In this document: one piece after another, positions 1 to 13,655 of the stretch | Numbering within the stretch: position 1 is the stretch's first letter | Layout: each line of letters starts with the position of its first letter | DNA from: Eledone cirrhosa | Taxonomy: Eukaryota | DNA length: 64,000 nt | Assembly (NCBI GenBank): GCA_964016885.1 | Contig: OZ024740.1 | Location: forward strand, 286,936,001 to 287,000,000 | Direction: 5' to 3' | Notes under the pieces: generated by a model | Database searches by the model: none | Told to the model about the DNA's origin: nothing | Seen by the model: only the letters and a program-made list of their open reading frames with translations | Translations under genes and position numbers: made by a program

Positions 1-625
1 AGGGTGGACTGGATGCTTTTTGTCATGTCGCATGACCACATTACACGGTGGACTGGGTGCTTTTTATCATGTCACCAGCACGACCACCTTACATGGTGGA
101 CTGGGTGCTTTTTTTCTCGTGTCACCAACATGACCACCTTACAAGATGAACTAAGTGCTTTTGTTGTTGTGGCACCGATTCAGCAGACAGAGTGGGCTTA
201 GCTTTTTTTTTTGTCCTGGCAATGGCATTGTATATAATATGTAGAACACGTCCAATTTTCATACTTGTATGTGTGGGTTGGGCAGAAGAGGTCACAGACC
301 ATTCAGATATTGACCTCTCAAATGTGCCAGGGGCTGCAGCTCGTTTACAGAGTGTATTGTGGCACCATCACTAGGGAGTTATTCATGTCATTGGCATAAC
401 TGAAGAGTCTTCTTGACTCCTTATTTGACAAATTTTTTATGACTGGATGCTCTTACCACCAACCACTTTACAGACTGTACTTTTGGCATTTTATCATGGC
501 ACCAACACTAGGGAGGTTGTCATGTTTTTGACACAACTGAAGAGTACTCTTTTTTAGTATAGTTTTTACAACTGGATGCCCTTTCTAATGCCAAACACTT
601 TACAGGATGTACTGAGTGTATTTTT
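1..625 (-). repeat. Degenerate RTE-LINE 3'UTR / SINE-tail sequence with internal ~50-bp tandem units
   Basis: Repeated 'ttaca..gtggactgggtgcttttt..tgtcacca.ca.gaccac' units and 'ctggatgccctttctaatgccaaacactttaca' motifs, also seen in LINE/SINE tails at 31500-31640 and 34060-34190. Confidence 0.6.
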
Positions 626-2448
626 GTCAAGCCCTCTCGATCCTATGGAGTGGAGGATGAGATAGTTGCATAAAATGAAGCTAGGTGAGAGACAAGTAGG
701 TTGGTATTAGTGTTTCAAGCAGAACCATAAGCTACTATTGTGATGGGTTAAAAAAAACTTCTTTTTGTATTAAGGGCTAAGATATTTTTTCTCCATTCAT
801 GAGGTTTAGTTTTTGTTTAACTCCAAGTCAGTTCTGATTAAGCAGATTTATGATTAAAGGCATTTCAACCTCTTTTTATGTCTTGAATGTTAAAAGCAGA
901 AATTTTAAAACTATTAGAATGGGAAGAAGATATTGTAAATAAAAAGTGTTAGTATCTCGACTAACCACATTGAAAGGTATCAATGTGTCCTTTCCTTTTT
1001 TAAGACAGTAGGGAATTCAGTTGCTATTTCAAGCAGGTTGAACGACCACATAGAGCTATGATGCATGTGTCAGAAGTAGGATATGACAGGAGAAGATTGA
1101 GCTGAATATGTGCAATATAAGTAAGTAATTGGGAACTAATATATCTTGTATATAAGAGAGATGGTTCCTCAGGAGTGAATATACACACACATAATGCAAT
1201 ATTAGCTGTCACATATCATATTAAAAGTTCAAAAAATTTTGCTCAGCCTAGGAAGATTTTAACTAAAAGTTAAGTCAAATCAAGAAAATTAAATCCCCAA
1301 AAGAATATAAAGCAGAATACATAGAAAGAGAATGTTGTGGGGACATATTCTACCTTTGCCAGCAAGTAAAAATATGTAAAATTGACTATATTGAAAATAG
1401 TAGTGAGAATGATGATATATAAACACTGAATATTGTTGTATATGCTCATGTATAAGGAGTTTTGGGGATCAAATTTTTAGACAAAAGAAGTTGGAGTTTT
1501 AACATATTACACAAGTTTTCTTGGACTGAAATCTATGTATAATGGGGATGGCTAGGAGCAATTCTTAGCTTCAGATATGAAAAATATTTATTAATTACTA
1601 TCAATAAACAATGAATATATAAGTATGAACCAATTAGTAATTAACAACTCTGAAGTGCTTCAGCAGATGAAGTTCATGAACTGCCTACGAGCTAACTTAC
1701 CATATACCAATATCACAGTAATTGGAAGCTTACAGAAAATAATAAAACCCATTTTGATATTTTCACACTTAGCATTACACCATCATACAATGCACCTCAA
1801 ACTATTTACTGTCTACATTGTTGCCAGGTAAGTTACTGTAGGGTAGCATAGTGCCACTACAGTAAAGCAATAGTTTTTCCTGACAGTTGAACTAAGGATG
1901 ATGTTAAACATATAACATTAATTTTTAAAAGTTTATGTATAGAGATTATAATTTTTTTGTTGAATCTAAAATATTAGATATAGTGCTTTATTATTACTGG
2001 TGCCGCTTATTGTTCCATCCATCACCCTCAGAAACCAGGGTTCAACACAAGGCTTGTCATAAATTATTGTTTTCTTGATCCCAAGTTGCCACTTTGTCGG
2101 AAGCTGACCCACATGATGGTGACATGACAAAAAGCCCCCAGTTCACACTGTCTGGTGGTCGTTTCAGTGCCACGATAAAAAGCACCCAGTCCACACTGTA
2201 ACGTGGTTGGCATTATGAAGGGCATGCAGCAGTAGAAACCAAGCCAAAATATAAATCCATATGAGCAAGACATGGTCACCTGACCTGAATTGTCTTATAA
2301 CGTGACCAGCAGTCTAACTCATGCAAACGTGGAAAATGAATGTTAAATGAATATGATGATGATTATTATTTCTGCATAATAATTTTTCTTTTCTTGATAA
2401 TTCAAATTTTTCTTCTGTTATTTAATGGGAAATTTATGTCAATTTCAG

Positions 2449-2679
2449 ATTAGTGCGGACACTATTTGATTTAGCACGAGACCAGAGGCCAAGTATTATT
2501 TTTATTGATGAAGTGGATGCATTGTGTGGATCAAGAACCGATACTGAATCAGAATCAGCCCGTAGAATTAAGACAGAATTTCTTACACAGATGCAGGGTG
2601 TTGGTACAAATAATGATGGAGTTTTAGTATTGGCTGCTACCAATATCCCTTGGACTTTGGATTCTGCAATAAGGAGGAG
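2449..2679 (+). CDS. VPS4: VPS4 AAA+ ATPase, internal exon (Walker B, pore loop 2, Arg finger)
   Basis: tttcag acceptor and GT donor at 2680. Translates [65 protein letters not shown], typical of VPS4. Upstream exons are outside the window. Confidence 0.95.
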
Positions 2680-3149
2680 GTAGAATTACATTTTCTCCAT
2701 GAAATAATTTCTATTTTGATTTTAAATAATTATATATTTTGTAAAATCTCCATATCAGTTCTTTCACCCACAATAAGAAATTTATTTCATTAGTTTTTTT
2801 TAAATTATTAGATGCTGAGTTATAGCTTTTTTAGATTAAAAAATGCTTTTTCTAAATTATTTGGATTAAATAGACATAGTTGTGCAAGTTAATTATGAGC
2901 TAGCCTATTAAAAATTTAATGGTTTGTATCCTGTTATCAATACAGCATTGTATGTTTGGCTGGCAATAACATAGTCCACCTAGCTGTAGATACTGACAGA
3001 ATATTCAGAATAGTTTGCCGTAAGGAAGAAGACATGCTTTCTCAAAGACAGATGACAGCAGATGAAATGTTTACTGGTAGTACTGAATAAATAGACTGGG
3101 AATTTATTCAGCACTACTAATAAACATTATATTTCATTTCTCTCTCTCT

Positions 3150-4945
3150 CTCTCTCTCTCCTCTATGTATTTCACTTTCTTCTTTCTTCTCCTCCTCTTC
3201 CTGATAGGGTTGTTGGGGCAGAGTTCTCAAACATTCCTTGCAGCAGGTCCTATCAGAAGCAACCGTCTCCAATTGATCCGGTTGGATCCCCAACTGTGAC
3301 CAGCCAAGCTCATGGATGTTATCCAACCATCTTGCTAGGGGTCTACCCCTGGGTCTCCTGCCAGTTGGTTTTGCCCATAAAATCTGTCCAGCAATTCTTC
3401 CTGAGACATTCTAACCACATGTCCATAGTATCGGAGCTGTGATCTCTCAATTCGGAGAAGTAGCGGCTCTTCCTGGAGTGACTCTGATATCCGAGCTATG
3501 CACTCTATCGTAACATTACTCCGAAGACACTTCGGAGGAACCCCCATTTCGGCCGCTTGTATTCGTGATCATATTCTTTCAGTCATTACTCAAGATTCAC
3601 GACCATAGGTTGGCACGAATACAGAATTGAAGATAGTGAGTTTGGCTCTTATACCTGATTACCAGCAGAGCTGTTCTGCTAGAGAACGGGTCGCACATGG
3701 TAGATAGCAATACAGCCACCAGATATGACAGTTAGTTGCCACATAAGCAGGCAGCTGCCTGACGAATAAGCAACCCTGGACCAACAGTGATAAATTACTA
3801 AGGGAGATGGAGCAATTGGTAACACCTGTAGCTTCTAAGAAAACTCTCACAACCCAGTGATGTAGCTATGACGAGGCAAGTAAAGGTCATTTCTAAAAAA
3901 GCTTAGTCTTTCCGGGTTTGAGAAAGTACCAGATTTGTGTCTGGTGCAAAAAGGACCACCAAAACTGCAATAAGGTGAGAGGAGCGAAATAAGACCATAC
4001 TGCATCGTCCTTCATGTAGGTTAACAAGGGAGGCCTTCTGGCCTTAGGTAGAGGGGAGGGGGCGGTTTGATCGAAAAATATGTTGTAGTTTTCATTTCAT
4101 GCCACAAAAGCTGGCGATGGGCCTGCGACCTATCCTGGGAGGCATGGGATGGACGCACAAAGATTGCATATCCTGAGACCCTAAAGAGGGTTTGGAAGGG
4201 AGCAAACCTTGACAGTTGGAATCTGAACATCACCACCCTTTACACGTAAGGAGCAGCAGATATAGTTGGGGTTTCCTCAACAAAGTTCTGTGGCTCTGAT
4301 ATTGTAGATTTGCATGGAGGATGGAAACCCCACTATTCAGGTGTGGTACCAGGCAGGATTGGGGATACACACAAGCCCCTGGCTGTCAGAATGTGTTATG
4401 GATTGGATCCCATTAAGAGAGGATTTGCCTCTTGAAGCTTGGGCTGAAAGATAGGTCTCTGTGGGTGGTACAAGTTTATGCACCAAACAGTTTGAATACA
4501 GATCCTTCCTTGATGAAGTCACTGCAGCGTTAGATGTAGTTAAGACTGAGTCTTGTATCCTGATGTTCAGATAAATGGTGCTAAATCGAAACTGTTCAAT
4601 GTGGGAGTCAGGCTCTGGTAAAGGTGCATACTGTCACCTCTCCTGTTCCTTATTTTCATGAACAAGATTGACATGCACAGCCAGGTTGGAAGTGGTATCA
4701 CAGCTGGCAGGTGTAAAATCAGTTGGCTAGAAGTTGCAGATGACATGGTATTACTTATCTCATTAGAAGGTGATCTCTGATATACATTTCATAGATTTGG
4801 TGCTGAGTGCTGCATGACTGGAATGTAAATCAGTATTGTGAAAACTGAGACACTTGTCCTCTCAAGGAATCCTGCCCAGTGCACTCTACATGTGAATGGA
4901 GTTCCACTGAACCTGGTAGAGAAGTTCAAGTATCTTGGGGTCGTA
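3150..4945 (-). mobile_element. Degenerate RTE-clade LINE in VPS4 intron, apparently 5'-inverted
   Basis: 3150-3740 (-) encodes the RT C-terminus (QLRYYGHVVRM...) with a (GAA)n tail. 3750-4945 (+) has APE-like (DIVGVSSTK..GWK..YSGV) and RT (LSPLLF, ADD, KTE, KFKYLG) remnants. Confidence 0.7.
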
Positions 4946-5048
4946 ATCTGTCAACTTCAGCATTTGGCTATACATATAATTGGATATATTTTATTTTGTG
5001 AATCTGAACACGAATCCTTTTATGGGTTTAGCTTTAAGGGGAAATAAT

Positions 5049-5233
5049 TGTTTCTACTTTTGGCACAAGGCCAGCAATTACACAGTGCATTATTGGTACT
5101 TTATTTTATTGACCCCGTAAGGATGAAAGGCAAAGTTAACCTCGGCAGGATTTGAACTCGGACAATAAAGGGCCGTAACTCTTTGCTGCAAGCATGGCGT
5201 CCGACCCTCTACCGATACTACCAATCCACCGCT
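5049..5233 (-). mobile_element. SINE family B copy with 17-bp TSD
   Basis: B-box GAGTTCAAATCC and central 'ttaactttgcctttcatccttacgggg.c.ataaaataa.gtacca' on the - strand; flanked by ctttaaggggaaataat on both sides. Confidence 0.9.
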
Positions 5234-5341
5234 CTTTAAGGGGAAATAATGCAATCTGATATGGAATATCATAAAAATTAAGAACTTGTTTATATGTATG
5301 TTTTATTTGATTTTCTTAAAACAAAACTCTCTCTATTTTAG

Positions 5342-5473
5342 ATTTGAAAAACGAATTTATATACCATTGCCTGATGCTGCTGGGCGAACGGAAATCTATC
5401 GTCTTCATCTTGAAAACACACCAAATGATTTAACTGAAGCTGACCTTCGAGAACTTGGTCATGTTGCTGAAGG
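5342..5473 (+). CDS. VPS4: VPS4 internal exon
   Basis: ttttag acceptor, gtaatt donor. [12 protein letters not shown]...[15 protein letters not shown]; phase 2/2 is compatible with the neighbouring exons. Confidence 0.95.
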
Positions 5474-5879
5474 GTAATTGAGATATTACTTATTGTTTGG
5501 TAGAGACAGGAAGTTGATAAGGAAGTAATTACAGTGAATGACGGATGTTTGGTGAAGTAAGGTGAATGGGTGGGTGAGAACCAAGAGTAACGACCAATGA
5601 GAAAAGTCTTATAAACTATGTAATTACATCTTTATTTTGAATTAATGAAACAATTACAAGTAGGATAAAAAATAGGAGAAGAAGAAATAAGATGGGAGGT
5701 TCTACACTCTCGCTTGAACAGCTTATCTCAGCTACTCCCTGCTGACAAAATGGCAAAAGTGTTGACTTGAAGAACAGTCAATGATATTTGCTGCATCACC
5801 CCTTCTACTCCACGAGGTTTCTTCTTCAGACTCTCATCAACATTTGGCAGAGAACAACAATTTGGCGATCCAGGACACT

Positions 5880-6870
5880 TGAGGTTTCAACAAAATAGAA
5901 TCTGTCCATTAATACTTCGTATTTGATCATCTGAGCCTTTGCAGTTTATGCCTGAAGTGATTAGGCTGGTATTAGAGAAAGTGTCACATAGGGCCTTCCT
6001 GATGAGTGACCTTCCCTGCTCAAGTGGTAAAAGGGTTATTTCCTTTGGACATCTACCATTGCTGCATTTGAGGTTGACAAGTTCTAGTTGTGACTGGAAA
6101 CCAGCAGTGTTGAGGCTCCTTTTATTGATATTATTCAAAGCAGTGTAGCAAGGGAAACATCCTGCACTATAATGACACGCGATTGGGTGTATTCCAAATT
6201 CATGAACAGTTGCTCCATAGTCAGATTTATGAGACTCCCATATGTAGAAGCAAATGCACAGAGCAATTCTAATGTATGTACACCCATCATTGGAAATGGT
6301 TCTAGTTGGTAAAGGGGGCACCAATTTGAGTAACGCATTGTATTGCAAGGTTGTTTGAAGGCAGGTAAAGCAATTCTCATGCAGATTGAACAGCATTTGA
6401 TATTTTCCCAGTCATGTTCATAAGCTGAGTACTGAAGGACAGTGAGATCTTTAACTTAAATGGCCAGTGTTATATCAAGTCCACATTAGGCTTAGATGTG
6501 TTTTTAAGAACCTCATGGCTGGAGATGTTGGAAGAAAGATGGGTTGGTAATGCAAGTCAGAAGTTGAGTGGAGGTTGGGTCCGACTGAACTTTATGGGGA
6601 GTTTCACATGCTGCTACTCTGAGTGATTGAAACTTATGTTGCAGATGAATTGTTGCATCAAGTTTGCCAAGATGTCTTGTGTAGGCATAACATGGTGTGC
6701 TGTGCAGCTAAAAGAGGAATTTTGGAAGGACAATGCAGTGTTTTAACAGAAAGAGCACTGGATGAGAATCTATTAGGTGCAATCTGTCATCATGCTTACC
6801 AGGTCATCTTGTTTGGCTTTCATGCTTCATGGCATGTTCTGATGGCTTTTTAGAAAATGGGTAAGCCAAG
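5880..6870 (-). mobile_element. Degenerate CRE-clade-like (RLE) non-LTR retrotransposon
   Basis: HPIACHYSAGCFPCYTALNNINKRSL..AGFQSQLE...GRCPKEITLLP..QGRSLI...CDTFS resembles the CCHC/RH/RPDG/WD restriction-like endonuclease region of CRE elements. Confidence 0.65.
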
Positions 6871-7531
6871 AATATAAGCATTGTCCCTCGAAGTCAGTCA
6901 TACCTCAGTTAGGACAAATCAAATGCTGCATATGGTGTTTACTAGTTGAGTTTCACTGGAATTTAGATTTATTATCTCTGACTTGGACAGATAAGAGTTG
7001 ATAAGGCTGGAATAACGTTGCAAATTTCAAAAATGATGGATTCAAGTGTTCTACCCAATGTGACTTCCAGGTACTTGATGTTGAACAGCGACCATATTGA
7101 GTTGGCAACAATTGTTAATGGTCAGTACAAAGAGGAGTTGTCTGAGTTGGTTGCCTTGTTGGACAACATTGAAGAGCATACTCTTTTTAGTAAATTATCA
7201 CTTTAGACATGATGCGGTCAGGTCTACAATATCATCAGTGTCATTTAATGTACATTTTTCCTGATAGCAAATTGGCTCTCTAATTTACAGTATTTTATTT
7301 CTTATATCAGAAAATTTGTTGCAAAATTACAGTTTACTTTAATTTTCCTTATCTATAATATTGTTTATAATGATGTGTGTTTTTAGTGTTGCTATGGAAT
7401 GAAATCAAAGACATTATTGAAATTTTTATGAAACAATGCATCAAAATAGAAATAACATTTATATAACATGGAATTTCCATGTATCTCACTAGTGTTTATA
7501 ATTGTACATTCTGAGATTTTTTTTGTTCCAG

Positions 7532-7619
7532 TTATTCTGGTGCTGATATTAGTGTTGTGGTTCGAGATGCCCTGATGCAACCTGTCAGGAAAGTGCAAAC
7601 GGCTACACATTTTAGGCGG
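7532..7619 (+). CDS. VPS4: VPS4 internal exon
   Basis: ttccag acceptor, gtaaga donor. (G)[29 protein letters not shown]. Confidence 0.95.
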
Positions 7620-7645
7620 GTAAGATGTTTGATTGTTTGAAAAGT

Positions 7646-7837
7646 TTAACCTTTTAGCATTCAAACTGGCCATATATGGCCAGAATTCTCCCACCTTTCT
7701 GTTCAAACTGATCATAACCAGTTGCTCATACTGATGTTAAGGTATTGTTCTCAAAAGAGATTCAATATTATGTGAGATAAAGTGTTGACTGAAAATACAA
7801 TAGTAAATATAGAGTAATGTAAATGCTAAAGGGTTAA
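7646..7837. mobile_element. piggyBac-type MITE (TTAA-flanked)
   Basis: TTAA|CCTTTTAGCATT ... AATGCTAAAGGG|TTAA; same family as 20575-20758 and 45359-45586. Confidence 0.8.
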
Positions 7838-7896
7838 GATACCTTGCATGTCTAAAGACTGAGAAATTCTAAAGAACTTCATTATTTTTTTTCCAG

Positions 7897-8037
7897 GTAA
7901 AAGCCCAAAGCAGAAGTGACCCCTCCATTATAATAAATGATTATTTGGCTCCATGTTCTCCTGGAGCACCAGGGGCTGTTGAAATGAACTGGATGCAAGT
8001 ACCAAGTGACAAACTCTATGAACCTCTTGTCAATATG
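7897..8037 (+). CDS. VPS4: VPS4 internal exon (beta domain)
   Basis: ttttttccag acceptor, gtaatg donor. VKAQSRSDPSIIINDYLAPCSPGAPGAVEMNWMQVPSDKLYEPLVNM contains the PCSPG..GA.EM.W VPS4 motif. Confidence 0.95.
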
Positions 8038-8879
8038 GTAATGTTAAACATTTTTTTCTTACGATTTTATATTTTTAGCTGATTTTGTATATCACCAATT
8101 AAATTATTTTTATATTTAATGAATAAACTCTTTGAGAAAAATGAATATTTTGCAATTGGTGAGAAACAAACTGAATGAGTAAGATATATTAGATGAAGGA
8201 TAAGAAAGTGTAAAATCCATTGAAAGTGAGATATGATCTAGCCTTTATTAGATTAGATGTATAAAGAAAATAAATAATGTGATCTGCAAGTAAAATACAT
8301 CACGAGTTTGAGCCTGAAAAAAAGTAGCTAGAGGAATATCTATAATAATTGCTTTTAATCAAAACAGATTAAATTTTCTTATAATTGAATTGACAATGGA
8401 TAGAAATGTTCAATACTACAAGATAGTGAAAATGTTACCATGCTATATAATGTAATAATAATCAACACAATTGCCCAGTTTAGAATAGGCTCACCATATC
8501 CCTGCATGTCAAAGAAACGACTACAATGATTGGTGTCAGGAAGGGCATTTGGCTGTAAAACATTACCTCAAGAAGTTCCATCCAACCTATGCCAGCATAG
8601 AAAGGTCAATGTAAAAATGATGAAGATGATGACGAAAGTAGTAGTGGTGGTGCCATGATAAAACACACCCATTCCATGCTGTAAAGTGGTAGTGCTGATG
8701 CCACAATAAAATGAATCCAGTACACACTGTGAAGTGTTTGTCATTAGGAAGGGCATCAAGCCATAGAGACTATGCCAAAATGTGGCTATTTGATCAGTCA
8801 ATATTTAGCTATGGCTTGAGGATGAAAGATGGGAGCTCAGTAAAGGAAATATCAACCAAGGTTGAAGGTGTGATAGTGA

Positions 8880-9700
8880 TGGAAGCTCTAAGAGAGAGAT
8901 ACTGGCTCCAGTTGTGAAGGGAAGCTGGCTATGTTAAGGTTCTTTCTGATTATGTCATTCAGAGCAGCATGTAGAGGGAGCTGAGCTGCACTATAGTGGC
9001 AGAATAGTATGTGCAGACTGAACTTGTCAATGATGACTCCAGAATGGCAATTGTGCAGCTCACACATGTGGAAGAGGCACTGAGCCACTTCAAGAAGAGT
9101 ACCAGTTCACGAGGACACTGAATTGAGCCATATGCCACTGATTCACTGCGTGGAAGGCAAGGTGTTAGTCTAAGGAAGACTCAATCTATTTGACAGTTGA
9201 CTTGCATTTGATGTCATCACAGTTGCATTGGATATCTGCATACTGGGGGATGGTGAGGCCTTTATCAATCCAATTGATCAGAGCTAACTCCAGGTTCCAG
9301 TCCACGTCTGGTTCTGCTGACTTGTGGAGGACTTCACTGATGGGGGTGCAATTGAAGCTGGTTAAAGATAGGTTGACTGACAGTGTCAGTTCAGATGTAG
9401 CTATGTGGTTGAGGCCTCCAAATTTCACGAGGTGTCTCACCTGTTGCCAACCAGTGCTGGGGAAATTAACATTACAGATGAGTTCACCACAACATCGGAT
9501 GGTAGCATTGAGCTCCACGAGGTGATCGTTTGAGGGTGACAAGGCACACCATGCAGTGTGGAGAGGTGTTTGAGGAAAGATCAAAACAGTTCCTCAAAAG
9601 GAAGAATGTTGGGTGCATGTCAATGAGGTGCTCTTTCTCCATCATCCTCATCGGATCAGCATGCTTGGTATCTAGGCACTCTCCTATGGCTTTCAAGAAG
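8880..9700 (-). mobile_element. Second degenerate CRE-like retrotransposon fragment in last VPS4 intron
   Basis: HILFCHYSAAQLPLHAALNDIIRKNLNIASFPSQLEPV and CNVNF..TGWQQVRHLVKFGGL are homologous to 5880-6870. Confidence 0.65.
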
Positions 9701-10247
9701 ATTGTTTTTCCATCTATAGAAATTTCTTTCATTATATATATATATCTTTGCCTGTCTTTCCAATCTTTAAAATTACTCATAGGAAACGTTTTTAGAGAAA
9801 TTTGTTTTAATTTAGACAAACAAATGGTAATATAGATATTAACATTGTATGAATTCATCAGACTACTTGGTACTAGCTTATTGGCAATGGAAAGAATTGA
9901 TAAATATCATCATTTAACATTCCATTTTCCCTGCTAGCAAGGGTTGGACAAATGATTAGATGAATTCATATTATACTTGTTATTACTGAGAAAAAGCTAG
10001 ATTATGATATAATTATTACAGTGATTACAAGGATTGATATAGATCATTTTATATTGATTTATAAAGGTGTTTTGTAAAGATATTCAAAGCATAAAATCGA
10101 TTAAATTGAATAATCAATCAAACTTGATTTCTTTTCGTTTTTGGATCTGTTGGCTAAAACAAGTTTTTTCTTCTTGTGTTGTAAATAAAGATATGTTCTT
10201 GATTATCATTTTTTTTTACTGTTATTTAATTATTTTCTTTTTTCCAG

Positions 10248-10349
10248 AGTGATATGCTCATGTCACTTTCAACTATTAAACCAAACGTGAATGAAAAAGA
10301 CTTGGAGAAATTAGAAAAATTCACATTAGATTTTGGTCAGGAAGGATAA
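10248..10349 (+). CDS. VPS4: VPS4 last coding exon (Vps4_C helix, stop)
   Basis: tttttccag acceptor. [33 protein letters not shown] has the canonical FGQEG C-terminus. Confidence 0.95.
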   Translation, partial: SDMLMSLSTIKPNVNEKDLEKLEKFTLDFGQEG

Positions 10350-10620
10350 GCTTCAATAAGCTTTAAATACCTGAATGAATTTTGCTGCAAATTACATAAT
10401 TATCTGATGATTAGTGAAACTGTGCTTGTATCATCTACTAGGAAGGTTGCTAACCCTACAGCATATGATTGTCAAATGTATCTACTGCTGTGGATTAATG
10501 GAATAACTCTTCTGCAGATGGTGTTCAGAAATATCTATTGCTGTGGATGTTGGCCAAGAAAACAAATTATAATATTTTTCTCATCATATTTACATTAAAA
10601 AGACTCCCCCTCCAACTAAG

Positions 10621-11316
10621 AATAAAACCATTATTATCAATTTAACTTCCTGTTTTTATTTATACAGAGGAACTTTTCAGCAACTACTATTCACAGATTT
10701 TACAGCAAATTTTAAATTATGCTCTCATATTGTTGACTTTATCTCAAAACTATCAACATAAAAAAGCTCGATCTGTTAAATATTCACCACAATCTTGTAC
10801 TAATTCTCATACCATCAGTACAGAGGCTATGTGAAAAGAGAAAAAAATAAGTGTTTTTGTTGTTTTAACGAAAGGAAGCAGTTAATATGGAGTGCTTTGC
10901 TACTTCCTAGTCTGGTCTTTCATAAAAGTTTTTTTATGCATTTTTCTTCCCCCGACATTTCAATCTTCTGATTTCACAATGGAGAATGAAACAAATTATG
11001 CTTCTTTAGGGAATATTTCTGACTAATCTATGAAACAACTAAATTCTATTTACTATTTGCATTTTATTCTACAGTTTCATATGTCCATGTAAAATGCATG
11101 GTCACCTTTGAGTTATTTCTCTGGAACACATTCTTCTCTGTAAGAAAAATTAAAATGGAATGTCTTTAAATGTGAACTTAATTCCACATGATCATTAGGA
11201 TACATTTTGGCTTGTGATGCTTTATTAAATTTAAAGCTATATGAGCAAAGATGAATGTAATGTAAATTTTGAAATAAGCAAATAGGTTTTTCAAAATAAA
11301 TTTATGGAGTAATAAA
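10621..11316 (+). promoter_or_regulatory. Candidate VPS4 polyadenylation signals (AATAAA at 10621, 11295, 11311)
   Basis: AATAAA hexamers in AT-rich, repeat-free sequence after the stop. Which one is used cannot be determined. Confidence 0.4.
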
Positions 11317-13514
11317 ATTGTACTCATCAATTGTGTATGCATTTATGTTTCAGATAAACATTTAATTAGTGTTATAAAAACATTACTTATTTTACTTTTT
11401 AAAACTTTTTGTATGATCACTATTTTGATTTTTCTTAATATTTAATCTTTGGTAGTTTGTTAATATTTAACCTGCCATATTTCTTTGCGTATAATTCTGA
11501 AGCCAAAAGAAAAAAAATTACAGCCTTGTGTATAATATAACAACCATGTCTATGTCAATCTTTTTGTAAACTTGTACCATGTTATCCATCAAAATCTCTA
11601 TCACATATATTTCACTAAAATATTCAGTTTCTCATAACATTCATCATCATCATCATCATCATCGTTTAACATCCATCTTCCACACTAGCATGGGTTAACA
11701 ACTTAATGTTTAGTATTTTTTATAGAAGCAGGCATACCATACTTCCCATTTCTGAACAGATTTTCGAATTTTCAGGAAATATCTTAACTTGACATATTGC
11801 ATTTTTAGTAATTTTCTTCAAAGTATATATTTTAACAATAGTTAGGCTTCAGTTTTAACAATAATGTTTTCAAAACTTGACAGATCTTATGTAAGCCATT
11901 TATTTATTTATCAATTTCCTCTCTTTGAGACAAATGGCATTTAATTACGCTGATTCCCAACCAACAGATACTACTGATATATCAAATACCATTTGTAAAT
12001 ATTTGTTACCAATACATATTTGCAATTTTTCTTGTATAATATAAAATGGCTGTCCTTTTTGTGCCTTTAATTATAGTTGAAAATGACTTATAATACACTT
12101 ATATTACTTTAGTATAAATCAGACTTCTAAAATATGTCATCAAATAACTGTCATAATGTTGTTTATATAGTTCTTTAGATTTATACAATGTTTCCTCTGC
12201 TGATATTAAGGTGTGTGTGGGGTTTATGATAACAAAATTATTTCGTTTTACATTGATTTATACTGGCAGCAAATTGGCAAGGCCATTAGAGCTTAGGATA
12301 AAATGCCTTGCAGTATTTGTTCTAACTCTGTATTCAATGTTCTAACCCCACTGAGGTTAACTTTGCCTGTCATCCTTTTGGGAGAAATGAAATAAAGTAC
12401 TAGTCCAGGGCAGTAGATTGTTAGAATTATTAGAGCATTACATGAGATGCTTTGCTGTATTTCTTCTGGCTTTTTGTGTTCTGATTCAAATCTTGCTATG
12501 GTCTACCTAGATCATCATCATCATCATCATCATCTTTGTTTAACGTCTATCTTCCACGCTAGCATGGGTGGTGCACTTAATCCATCACATAGTTTAACAC
12601 CATCATTTGTCAGAGTCCTCTCTGTTGCAAGCATTTGGACCAGGTCTCTAGTTTGAGGATACCTTCCTTCTACCAAGCTTGAAGGGCCTGAACACTGCCA
12701 TTCCCTCTCTGACTAAACAGGCAAAAAATACCCATGCTAATATTCCTTGGACTTCAGTTGTATCATATTTTGCCACTGTTGGAGGTATTGCTACAGAGTT
12801 GTGTGTTTAACTAAGAACACAACAGTATGGCGATAATAGTAAGGTTTGAATTGATGTGGTCAGTGGCTGATACCTTAACCTTGCAGTTTCTGTGCCTTAT
12901 TAGGAAGAAAGGAGGAGAGAATGATTAGGTGATTAAGGAAAAGTGTAATGGAAAATAAATAAGATTTGACTTGTGGCAGAGATCTCTCTCAAGACATGTA
13001 ATGTAACAGTTTGACAAACGATTTCTGGGACAATGACAATGAACCATTAACTCTTGATAGGGTCACTGTCCTGACACACATTGGCATTTAAAAGTTGGTG
13101 GCATTCTCCAGGATGGAACACACCCGATTTCTTCCAAAGAAAGAAAGTGCTCAGGAAGAAGAACTATCAACATTACTGGACTTGTACTTTATTTATAGAC
13201 TTTGAAAGGATGAAAGGCAAAATTGACTTAGGCAAGATTTGTACTCAGACCACATTGTGCCAGAAGAAAGAGAACCAGAGTAGATGAAACTGGTATATGG
13301 GTGTACTGCTCAGAACTGAAGATTTTATTTTCCCAATCGATTGATAAGAGAAAATGTTTGGAAAAGAAAATTGAGTTCATAAATTAAATCTTGGGAAATT
13401 TCTGAATTACGAAAAGAAATGAAATAATAGGTGTAGGCATGGCTGTGTGGTTAAGGATTTGGTTTCACACCCACATAATTTCAGGCATTCATGCAGTTTG
13501 AAGGTTATTATTTA

Positions 13515-13655
13515 CATAGAGTTACGGCCCTTGCCATTCTGAGTTCAAATCCCGCCGAGGTTAACTTTGCCTTTCATCCTTACGGGGTCGATAAAATAAA
13601 GTACCAGTAATGCACTGGGTAATTGCTGGCCTTGTGCCAAAAGTAGAAACAATTA
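13515..13655 (+). mobile_element. SINE family B, 5'-truncated
   Basis: Matches 40098-40281 from 'agagttacggcc' to 'gtagaaacaatt'. Confidence 0.85.
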
